Shown here: positions 17,072-25,900 of the stretch, one piece after another | Layout: every line of letters starts with the position of its first letter | Numbering within the stretch: the stretch's first letter is position 1 | Origin: a virus | DNA: 64,000 nt | IMG/VR virus record: IMGVR_UViG_3300046056_000003 | Coordinates: 1 to 64,000 of that record | Direction: 5' to 3' (one strand) | Position numbers and translations under genes: made by a program | Notes under the pieces: generated by a model | Database searches by the model: none | Seen by the model: the letters and a program-made list of their open reading frames with translations, nothing else | What the model was told of the DNA's origin: nothing

Positions 17072-17427
17072 TGAACTACCCCCTGAAGGATCGGCATCTC
17101 TATCGCATCAACGGGAGGAAGGGGGAACTCGGGATTTTCCTTTCGGGGTCCACACGGCGTTTTGTAACCACGGCCTGCAAGTACGGCCACTTTAGTCTTG
17201 CCGTCGTGGTCCACCGCGAAGACCACGACCGCCATGGGACTGCTCTTCCGGTAAGACCGATGCTCGACAACGTCCCCGACTTCCGGATGCAATCCCAGTT
17301 CCGGGTCCACACCGACGATCATGCCAGAGTACTGAGCTTTCTCAAAACCAGTCTTCTGGAGCATCAGCGGAAGGTGGGCCCGAATTACCTCTCCCAAGAT
17401 AGGGATCCGTTTATAGAAGCTTCTCAA
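16987..17427 (-). CDS. stand-alone LexA/UmuD-like (peptidase S24-like) domain protein
   Basis: It runs parallel to the LexA C-terminal domain. RIPILGEVIRAHLPL matches LPLVGRVAAGEPLL. YSGM matches SGMSM. VGDVVEHRS...MAVVVFAVDHDGKTKVAVL matches DGDLLAVHK..GQVVVARIDDEVTVKRL. ENPEFPLPPVD matches ENSEFKPIVVD. It has a TTG start and no HTH domain. The 3' end overlaps the convergent gene by 85 nt. Confidence 0.4.
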   Translation of the reverse strand: MRSFYKRIPILGEVIRAHLPLMLQKTGFEKAQYSGMIVGVDPELGLHPEVGDVVEHRSYRKSSPMAVVVFAVDHDGKTKVAVLAGRGYKTPCGPRKENPEFPLPPVDAIEMPILQGVVHQLCWGFWLLVAASTMLSSKSSKLSSTF

Positions 17428-17548
17428 TCGTATTTATAGTATTCACAATGGACGGGCCATGATGGCTGTTTTTCAGCCAGACTTGAAAACGGACAGTTGA
17501 AGCGCCAATACAACGCTTTCGCCTCCCCAGAGCGAGATCTGGGGATCC

Positions 17549-17620
17549 TGTGGAGTAGTTCAGTGGCAGAACATCCGGCTGTTACCCGGAAAGTCAGTGG
17601 TTCGAATCCACTCTCCACAG
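17549..17620 (+). tRNA. tRNA-Asn (anticodon GTT)
   Basis: Folded by hand. Acceptor TGTGGAG/CTCCACA (7 bp); D arm GTTC-agtggca-GAAC; anticodon arm TCCGG-ctGTTac-CCGGA; variable loop aagtc; T arm AGTGG-ttcgaat-CCACT; discriminator G. CCA is not encoded. Confidence 0.9.
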
Positions 17621-17682
17621 CCTCTCAATCGCAGCGCAGTTGCGACAAGGCAACCCTCCATCGTGAGTGAGGTCTGAACACT

Positions 17683-18214
17683 GGGGGTGACACGGTTTCG
17701 ACAGAAGCCAACTGATCTCCTTCCACGACCAGAGCACGCCTTACAGACTCTCTTAAATCTCAGTGTGAGGAACCATAGTTGGCACCGTTGTCAACTTCGA
17801 GGATGAGACGGCCTCCATCGCCGATGAGGCCATGGACCGTCTTGCGGAGACCGAAGAGGTCTTCGCGGAAGAGAAGGATGCCCTGGCCGCTTTGGGGTAA
17901 TCCGATAGGTTGGGCCTTGCCCAACCTGCCTCCATTCCAGTCTTGACACCGATAGACAATCGGCCTTACTCGCTCCTAAGTAGATGGCTTTCATCTTGAT
18001 GGAAGACATCGTGATGGGAGAAGGTGTACGGTCGAGTGCTGGAGTGACATTTATCGGTCGATCCCCGAGTTCTTCACGTACAGGGAAAGCAACGTGACTT
18101 GGAGCACCCTGCTCAAGGTCCGGTCCAAGTAAAAAACCACATTGCGCATGGTCGTGACCCATGGACAGAGTGACGGGCTTTTGGACGCGAGTTCGACTCT
18201 CGCCACCTCCACCA
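17683..18214 (+). ncRNA. ssrA: tmRNA (ssrA-like), about 532 nt, with a 39-codon tag frame at 17781-17900
   Basis: The 5' end GGGGGTGACACGGTTTCGAC pairs with 3' CACCTCC, including a G3-U pair. The T arm is GCGAG-ttcgact-CTCGC and ACCA is encoded. AATCTCAGT...ATAGTT precedes the resume codon GGC at 17781. The frame ends ...GCC CTG GCC GCT TTG GGG TAA, followed by the helix GGTTGGGC/GCCCAACC. Confidence 0.85.
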
Positions 18215-18259
18215 CTATCCGCCAAAACCCACCTGTAACACGAAGTAACGGCAGTACCT

Positions 18260-18793
18260 ATGGAAAAGACGAGTCATAAGCCGATTCCTGAAAACTATAA
18301 GGACCAGGCCCTCAAGCCAAAGCAAGTAGAGGTGAACACCTCCCACCTTGTGGACGAGGAGTTCTCCGACAACATTTCCTCGTTGAGAGAAGAGTGGCTG
18401 GAGAAGTACCACCGGAAGGTCCGGGAGGAGATTTACGACCGGATTATCGACGGGGGCATGGATACCCCCTCTATCTTCCAGATGACGTGCCCTTCGGAGT
18501 ATTCAATGACGAAGGAGCTTAAAGATGCAATCTTTTGCAAGGGATACTTCGAAGCCATCTACGGAATTGGCGTTCACCCGAACGTCATGGCGGACTTGAA
18601 AGAAATGTTTACCGGAGCCGTCGACGAGGCCCCAGACATTCCCGAAGTTTTTGGTCTGCCGATGCTAACAGATCCACGGAGAAGCCGGGATGAAGCATTG
18701 TTTTTCAGATCGCCGAAGATCTGGAAGGCATACCAGGAGCTTCTCAACGACGAAGTGCCGACGATGGTCAAGCGACTTCTACAGCTTTCGTAG
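18260..18793 (+). CDS. hypothetical protein
   Basis: ATG start, 177 aa. It is not SmpB-like by eye. Confidence 0.6.
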   Translation: MEKTSHKPIPENYKDQALKPKQVEVNTSHLVDEEFSDNISSLREEWLEKYHRKVREEIYDRIIDGGMDTPSIFQMTCPSEYSMTKELKDAIFCKGYFEAIYGIGVHPNVMADLKEMFTGAVDEAPDIPEVFGLPMLTDPRRSRDEALFFRSPKIWKAYQELLNDEVPTMVKRLLQLS

Positions 18794-18844
18794 ACGCTGG
18801 CGACCCTCATTCACTATTCCTGAACCAAGACAGCACAACCAGTA

Positions 18845-19333
18845 ATGAACAACTCAGACCTAGGACTCGACATCGAGCAGGCCTCCACCGAAGAAGCCAT
18901 GGAGGTCGAGAAGACCACCAACATGAGTTCGAAGTACGCGCCCGTGGCCGAGCAGTGGAAGGAGGCTCGCGGGAACGACGAAAGCCTCATCATCCGTGAC
19001 GTGGAGAAGAGCACGGTGGAAAGCCTCCGCAACTTCTTCTACCGGACCTTCGAGAAGGAGAACGTCATTGTTCGGTCCACGAAGCAGGAGGACGAGAGCT
19101 ACACCGTGACCATTCGGAAGCGCGTGAACGGGGAGTACCTCCAGAACACCGATGAGGAGGGCGAAGGCGAAGAGACCGTCGACGAGGAACCGATGAACGA
19201 GGAGGAGAGTCCCTCGACGCCCGAAGAGACGGAAAAGGCCATCGATGACGAGTTCTTCGACGACAAGAACTACGAGGAGGAAAGCGCCGAGAGGGAGGAT
19301 CCGGTGTCCATGTCCGGTGGCCCGATGGGCTAG
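18845..19333 (+). CDS. hypothetical highly acidic protein
   Basis: ATG preceded by GCACAACCAGTA. 162 aa with a Glu/Asp-rich C-terminal half. Confidence 0.6.
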   Translation: MNNSDLGLDIEQASTEEAMEVEKTTNMSSKYAPVAEQWKEARGNDESLIIRDVEKSTVESLRNFFYRTFEKENVIVRSTKQEDESYTVTIRKRVNGEYLQNTDEEGEGEETVDEEPMNEEESPSTPEETEKAIDDEFFDDKNYEEESAEREDPVSMSGGPMG

Positions 19334-19396
19334 ACATTCCGCTCCGTAGGCCGTAGACTTACGGCAGCTATGAGATAGCGGTGATTTGCTGTCCCT

Positions 19397-19439
19397 GGGG
19401 GCGGCAGCTTCTGTAAAAGGGAGCTGTCGCCCCCTTTTT
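19397..19439 (+). terminator. strong intrinsic terminator at the convergence of the + and - gene blocks
   Basis: GGGGGCGGCAGCT-tctgtaaaaggg-AGCTGTCGCCCCC (12 of 13 bp) followed by TTTTT. Confidence 0.75.
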
Positions 19440-19462
19440 AACGTGTATCTACACGCGGCGTC

Positions 19463-22400
19463 TTACTGCATGTCTGAAATGGAGTTTTCGGACATCCACT
19501 GGAGGCTGTACAGCGAGCTAAAAAACGGCGCTTGCTTCAGCCACTGATCCCGCACGTTATTCGCGGATCCAGGATCGGTGAGAAGTTTCCTGCTAGCGTT
19601 AATGGCCCGACCAAGATCCATGGCCGTGGCCGCAGCAGGGACGGGTTCATTGATGACTTCAATGCCCGTACCGGGCGTTAGGTAAAACGTCGTATCCTGG
19701 TTCAGTCGGAAAAGAACGTTGTGGAGAGTCCGCATGGCAGGCCTGTATTCTTCTTCGTCGTCTTCCCCGAAGAGCATTGCCTGCATCGTCAGCATCGCCA
19801 TCGTCGTTACCGCCCAAAACTTCAGTTCACGAAGGGCCCGGCGAAGATTGAAAGCATCGGTGGGATCGACGCCCAGTTCTTTGGCCTTTGCCTTCGGATC
19901 ATTAGCGCGGTACACCTGGAGGGCCTCGCTGATCCCCACGTCTTTGTCCATGAAAAGCTGCCACGAAGACCTATAGGTTCCTTTGGTGTACTCTTCGAGG
20001 TGGCTGTCGTACTGCTCTTTGCCAAAGCGGTATCTGAAGCCTTCGAACATCCAAGTCTTGAACATAGACAGCATTCGCCCTAATGCGGTCCACTTGAGGG
20101 TGATGGGGGAGGAGGTATCAAAGTTGCCGTGGATCCGCTTGATAAGCTGGACAATGCGGAGTCCATGGCGGTCTATTTCTCGCTCTCCCTCTAGGCTTTG
20201 AAACTCGGGGTTCTTTCCAAACCGCTCTTCGTCCCACTGGCCCTTCTCGTTGAAGGCCTCGTATAGCGTAACCTCCTTGGTTTTACCGTTTTCCGTCACC
20301 TCTACCGTGTGGCCGTTTAGGTAGGCCACCATGGCGATGCCCTGGATGAAGGTTTCAGTTTCGTTCATCAAGAGCATCGGATCTTCCAGGAGCCGCTGCA
20401 CAAACGGGGAGTCCTTTTCCTGTGCTTTCTTTCCGAAAGCAAGCTCGCTGACCTCAAAAAAGATGTTGAACGTCTGCATGAGGTGGGGAATCTTCTGGGA
20501 TCCCGTCCTCCATTCCGACAAGTAGGTGCCGAAGGCCGTCACCAAGTCCCCATCGTCAAAGAACTGCCCACTGGCCGCCTCTATGGAGTTGGCCATGAGG
20601 CCGAAGAGCATGTTGTTCAGGCCGGACAAGGGGCTCCATCCCAGTCCTTGTAGCATCGTAAGCTGCCCCAGGGTGCTTTCCATGAACCGCATGAAGGAGA
20701 ATCGGCGTCCACTGAGTTCCCTCATGCGCTCATCCAGCTCCTCGACCTGTTCTTCGTACTCGGACTGCGTGATGTCCCCACGTTCGAGCTGCTCTTTAAG
20801 CTCCTCGTGCTCCTTCTGAATCTCTCGCCTCTCTCTGTTGGCCCGCACATTGTCCATGATCCCGCCCTGGGTGACGAAGGTGTTGGGGTTCAGTTCTTCC
20901 TTCCGGGCGCTCTCGAACATCAGAGAGTTGATCGTGTGTTGCATTGAGTCCCGAATGACGTTTTGCTGGGACTGAGTGCCCTTCGTAAGTCCAGGTTCTG
21001 CCTCTCCGGTCATTTCGTGAATCACGCGCCCCATAATCTCGACTTTGGGTCGAGCTTCTTTCATGAACTTGTAGGAGGCGACCATCGAGAGGAATTGGTC
21101 GGCCATCTTCTGAATGTCGGGGGTCCGCTCGGCCTCCTCAATCCGGGCATCGCTGAGGTACCGGACAGGGAGGTTTTTCTTGTCGGTCAGCCCCTTGAAG
21201 GCATCGGGGTAGGTCTCTCCCTCTTCGAGACCGACGTCTTCGGTGCTTAGAAAATCGTCGGTGAAGTTATTCCAGACCTCACTGGTGGCTGCCTTCATCC
21301 CGTCGCTCATCATAAACTCCCTCCAATCTTTCCGGACAACGGGGAGGAAGTTGTTCTGCTTCCCTCGCGTCCGGTGTTGCGGAAGCTCGTCCATCAGTTC
21401 GGAAAAGAGGTTCCGGAGGAAGTCGGCGGCCTCTTGCTGCTCTGCTGTCAGCTCGTCGTAGTTGCTGTCCCGCTGTTCGGGCTTTCCAACGAAGTGAAGG
21501 TTTCGGTGGCCCACGTTGAAGGGATTCTGTACCTCCTGATTTTGGAATTCCTGGAGGGCCGTCAGAGGGCTGTTTCTCTCGTCAAACTGCTGCATCCGGC
21601 GATTTCGGTATTCGTCGTCGGTTTCCCCATCTTTCTTTTGGGCGCTTCCGGAGAAGATTTCGGCGTTTACGTTGTCGAGCTTTGCCTGACGTACCGTCTG
21701 GTAGTTGTGCCATGCGTTGAGGGCCTGTTCTGCGGCCTCCTGGCCAACCTGCTCTCCGTATTTGTCTTTGAGATGCTCGATGTACTCTTCCCGACTGGAA
21801 AACTCTCCGTCGTCATTCAGGTCCTCAACCAAGTATCGAATGTCTACCGGGTCATCGACTTCCGTCAGCCCATTGATCAGCTTTCGTTTTGCCGCTTCCA
21901 TTTCTGCGCGGCCATCGGCATGAGGGACCGTGTTGGCAAACTTCTGTAGCACCTCTTGCCTGTGGGTGTAGTATTCCGGCGTGTACGGGTTGATCAGGGA
22001 GATCACCTTGTTTCCATCCTCGTCCTCTTGAAGCAAGGTCTCCAGGTCGTCTACCTTGTCGAGCTTCTCTTGGAGATCGGCTTTTCTCCTCCGAATGTAC
22101 TTGGTCTTCTTTCCCTGCGCGTTTCGAAGATTCTTATCGAACCGTTGGAGAAGAGGTTGTGGAAATGTGGAGAGGTCAAAAGCCCGCCCTGACTGCGTCA
22201 TGATTTCAGACTCATCCGGCATTTCGGTTGCCTCCTCGATCGTAATACGCCCATAGTCTTCCTGAACCTCCTTCAGGGCAATCTCCCGTTCGACCTCCCG
22301 AACCTCCCGTCGAAGACTGTCAAACTCATCGCTAATCTCCCGCAGGGTATCTTCCATCACGCCGCCCTTCTCCTTGCTGTTGAGGTACTGGTTTGTCACG

Positions 22401-22948
22401 GTCTCCCAGTCCCAGGCCCGCACCAGCTTCCCAATGAAGTTCATCTGGGCCATCGAGATATTGGGCATCGATAGCACCTTCTCGATCATCTCCCTGTGAT
22501 TGTCCGCGATGGCCTCTACCTCTTTGGCAGACTTGTTCTTCTTCAGCTCGTTCTTCTGGTTCTGAAGGGTCCGGATTTTCTCGTTGATCTGCTGCTTTTT
22601 GGATTCGGTCTCTGCGGCATTTCGAATGTCCTGGAGACGATCAATGGCCTGTCCAATCTGGGCAAGTACCCCATCGGTGGCGGCCTTTCGAGTAGCCGCC
22701 CCCGTAGAGGGATGCACCGTTGCCACCCGATGGTAGTGTTTGAAGCCAAGGTCGTCCCGATGAACCACGGCCTCAAGGGTCGCTTCTCCGTTTTTGTCCT
22801 GTTGGCCTTCGGGAATGGGTTCATTCTTGACCCGAAGATAGAGGCGAAGAGCTTCGTCCTGGGTCCGTGATACGTCCAGAATCCGCTGGAAAAGGATGGA
22901 CGGCTCCCCGTTGGGGGCATATACGGTGTCTACGGCACAGTCTGCCAT
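19463..22948 (-). CDS. large virion-associated protein (putative internal/ejected), 1161 aa
   Basis: It is the last gene of the late operon, 10 nt after the RNAP-like gene. It has long coiled-coil stretches and hydrophobic segments (LGQLTMLQGLGWSPLSGLNNMLFGLMA, FWAVTTMAMLTMQAMLFG). Confidence 0.65.
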   Translation of the reverse strand: MADCAVDTVYAPNGEPSILFQRILDVSRTQDEALRLYLRVKNEPIPEGQQDKNGEATLEAVVHRDDLGFKHYHRVATVHPSTGAATRKAATDGVLAQIGQAIDRLQDIRNAAETESKKQQINEKIRTLQNQKNELKKNKSAKEVEAIADNHREMIEKVLSMPNISMAQMNFIGKLVRAWDWETVTNQYLNSKEKGGVMEDTLREISDEFDSLRREVREVEREIALKEVQEDYGRITIEEATEMPDESEIMTQSGRAFDLSTFPQPLLQRFDKNLRNAQGKKTKYIRRRKADLQEKLDKVDDLETLLQEDEDGNKVISLINPYTPEYYTHRQEVLQKFANTVPHADGRAEMEAAKRKLINGLTEVDDPVDIRYLVEDLNDDGEFSSREEYIEHLKDKYGEQVGQEAAEQALNAWHNYQTVRQAKLDNVNAEIFSGSAQKKDGETDDEYRNRRMQQFDERNSPLTALQEFQNQEVQNPFNVGHRNLHFVGKPEQRDSNYDELTAEQQEAADFLRNLFSELMDELPQHRTRGKQNNFLPVVRKDWREFMMSDGMKAATSEVWNNFTDDFLSTEDVGLEEGETYPDAFKGLTDKKNLPVRYLSDARIEEAERTPDIQKMADQFLSMVASYKFMKEARPKVEIMGRVIHEMTGEAEPGLTKGTQSQQNVIRDSMQHTINSLMFESARKEELNPNTFVTQGGIMDNVRANRERREIQKEHEELKEQLERGDITQSEYEEQVEELDERMRELSGRRFSFMRFMESTLGQLTMLQGLGWSPLSGLNNMLFGLMANSIEAASGQFFDDGDLVTAFGTYLSEWRTGSQKIPHLMQTFNIFFEVSELAFGKKAQEKDSPFVQRLLEDPMLLMNETETFIQGIAMVAYLNGHTVEVTENGKTKEVTLYEAFNEKGQWDEERFGKNPEFQSLEGEREIDRHGLRIVQLIKRIHGNFDTSSPITLKWTALGRMLSMFKTWMFEGFRYRFGKEQYDSHLEEYTKGTYRSSWQLFMDKDVGISEALQVYRANDPKAKAKELGVDPTDAFNLRRALRELKFWAVTTMAMLTMQAMLFGEDDEEEYRPAMRTLHNVLFRLNQDTTFYLTPGTGIEVINEPVPAAATAMDLGRAINASRKLLTDPGSANNVRDQWLKQAPFFSSLYSLQWMSENSISDMQ

Positions 22949-22958
22949 CTAGATGTGG

Positions 22959-25900
22959 TTAACACTTGGTAATGATATGCTTACGGAGTGTTCGAAAGGT
23001 CTCTCGTTCTTGCTCAGTGAGGGTGCTTAGGAACTCTCCAACGCTTTGCCCCAGCGATTCTTTGTCTCCCTCGATGTAGCGGCGGGTGGACTCATAATTT
23101 CCATTCTGCATGTCTTCCACCGCATCTGCCAACGGATTGTCACTCGTCTCTCCCCCACGCTCTTCGGCGGCCTCCTCTCTTGCGTCGTTGTTGCGCTCTT
23201 TCTTCACCTCGTTTGCCTCTTCATTCCGAGTAGTTTCACCATCTTTCCGCTGGACTTCGACTCTTCCAGTGGAGTGGGTGATGATTTCGTAGGTCCGGTC
23301 TTTGTCGTGTGAGTAGTACTCTTCGGAGCTTAGGCTTTCGTCGGTAGACTTTCCCTGATTGGTCTCTGTACTGCCTTCTGTCTCGAAGAGGCTGGTCTGC
23401 TGCTCGATCGTCATCGTAGAGACGGTTAGCCCTCGTTCCAGAAGACTCCCCCTTTGCACGTCGATGTCTAAAGCTTGTGTAAAGGATCGGACAAACTTTT
23501 TGACGCGGTCGACAATCTTCTCGTAGAGACTTCGGCCCCCATCTATTTGTTGCTCGTTGGCCCACTGTTGGAACTCCGGGTTCGTGAAGAAGGCCACCAG
23601 CGTCTCGTGTGCATTCTCTCCCGCCTTGAAGAGATTGCGCTTCCGATCATTGAACTGGTCAAGCTGCACATCCTCTCCGCTGCGAAGCTCTTCCTGTGTC
23701 CGCAGATACTCGTCGAAGTTCTCAAATTGGTCTCGAAGGAGACTGCGGACGTCGCTGTTAAGCTGCAAGAGAGCGCGTTCTTCCGCCGTTCGGTTGGAGG
23801 GGTCCTTCTCTATGGCCGTGGTGATGGCATCAGCAGTGAGGGCGTGTAGAGCTTCATGAAGCTCCACGGAGGCGGCAAAGTCGGCCTCTGCATCGGCGTT
23901 CCCAATGTCCAGGTTGCTGTTGAGGACGATAGTGTTTGTATCCGGATTGTACTTCCCGTTGACCTCCCCCAAGTCCTTCACCTCGAAGCTTACGCCTAAG
24001 TCTCCCTCCTGCTGGATCCGATTCATGAGCTGGGCCACAAGGCGAAGGCTGCTTCGAACCTCCTTGTCCGAAGAGATCGAGTCCATCACCTCGGATAGTG
24101 ATGCCTCGCTGGAAGCGGGGAGGTGGTGCCTGTAGATGCCGTGGCTTTCGACGGTGGGGCTGGTGATCTTCGTGCCCCCTTCCGGAATGTTGAGGCCATT
24201 GCCGAAGTATTCTGAGGACGCCGTGATCTTCACCGCCGATGACATTTCCGGGACCCCAATGCCTTCCGGGGGAGTGTCTCGGCGCTCAAAAGGATTGTAC
24301 TCCACCATATCCGTGGGCCCACCCGTGGCCGATCCAAGGGTGCTAATCTCCCCGTATCCGGTTCCTTGCCGAGTAAACAGCCGAAATCGGCCTACGTCAC
24401 TGTCGAAAAACGAGATGTACTCGACAAGCTGTGGCCCTCTGGACGTGTACCGCGTTAGCTCCTCGGGCACCTCGTCGTTGATAAACTCAATTTTCGGTCC
24501 CTGAACAGACCCTTTTACTTTATTCTCCACGATCTCATCGGTAAGCCGGGGAGCCTGTGAGGGGTTGTTCTGGAGATACTGTTGCAGGAAAGACGCCCCT
24601 CCGGTGAAGGCATCGAGATTCATATTCTCAATGGCCTTCGTCACCCCTTCTTCGTTGAAGAACTGGGGAGGGATGAGGCTGTCGAAGGTTCTTGGGCTTC
24701 TCTTTTTGCCCTGGATGTACATGGTGTAGAGGACGAGGTCTTTGGCCATCTTCTGTTTCTCCTCGACCGGGGAGGAAAGAAGGCCAGCCAAGTCTTCAAC
24801 GATTCGCATTTCTTCGGTCTCATCCAGCTTGATCGAGTTGTAGTAGAGTTCGTCGGGGGTGTGTGCATAGGTTTTCTGTAGCGCAGTCTCTCCTTCTTCG
24901 TATCCGTATTCCTTGGTCTGATCTTTCAGGTTGATTTCGATGAAGCGAAGGAACGGATGATCGTTGGCCCACCCGTCTTTCCGGGCATTGGAAAGCCTTC
25001 GAGCAAGAGAGGGGCTGTCTTCGGTGGTGTACAGCAAGCGTTTACGCAGATCTGAAAGACTCTCGTCCGTCAGTGCATCTTTTGCGCCGGCGTAGACCAT
25101 CGACTGGAACTCCTTCCACACCTTAAACACCTGCTCCTCGCTCATTCGGTCATCCCTCATCGTCTCCATCTGAGTGATGGCCTCCTGAAATGGAGTGGAA
25201 TCATACTGGAACAGGTTGCCGAAGAGCTTATCAGCAAGCAGGTACGAGTTCTTGGCGTAGTCTCCATGCTCCGTCGTAGGCTTGAAGGAGTGGGCGTTGT
25301 TGGGCACCTGCAACTCTCCCCCGATACTCATGGGGCTGGAGAGGGAAAGATCAAACGCATCTTTTAGGGCCTTCATGTGACGCCGAGACTCCAACAGGTT
25401 CTTTCCAGGGCCCTTCCGGTTCCCGAAGTTGAATGCAGACTGGAGGGTATCAAGCGTCTTGTTCACTTCCAAAAGCCTGCGGAACGCTTCCAGGTAGTTG
25501 TCTTGCCGCCTGTTCCAGGCGTCGTCCCCGGTAGGGTTTTGAAGGTCTTCTAGAAGCTGCTCTGGACCAGAGATCATAGGGCGGCCTTGGCCTCTCCGCG
25601 CTTGCACTTCTTCGATCACGTCGGAGAGAACGCCGAAGGAGGACCCGCTTTTCAGCGCAGACTTGCGCCGATCCACCTCTCCCAAGATGTTTTCGATGAT
25701 CGGCTGCCGCATGAGCCTCGTCACATGCTCCAGGTCAGGCCCAGTGCCCTGCTTGTCCGACATCATAAGCAGGGGGAAGATGGCGTTGGCCGTCTCTTGG
25801 TTGGCTCCCAGAGGCCCCAGGATTAGCTCCTTGGCGTTGTCTACCGCTGCGTTCTGATACAGCGTGATGGCATCATGTGCGGACAAGTCCTCTGCTGAAT

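Noticed and set aside
17071-17439. A + strand 122-aa ORF with an attractive TGATG coupling to the upstream gene.
   Set aside because: Its product is Arg/His/Ser/Leu-rich, like an antisense shadow. It is exactly in phase with the minus-strand ORF, whose product tracks the LexA C-terminal domain. I therefore preferred the minus-strand call, but with low confidence.
17683-18214. The idea that the tmRNA is a host ssrA gene marking a prophage integration junction.
   Set aside because: No integrase lies nearby and the tmRNA is complete rather than a duplicated 3' fragment. The same leader motif and acidic gene style occur on both sides, so both flanks belong to one element.
17791-18225. Minus-strand ORFs of 144 aa and 68 aa (17753-17959) across the tmRNA.
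   Set aside because: They lie entirely inside a well-supported structured RNA gene and have Pro/Arg/Ser-rich composition.
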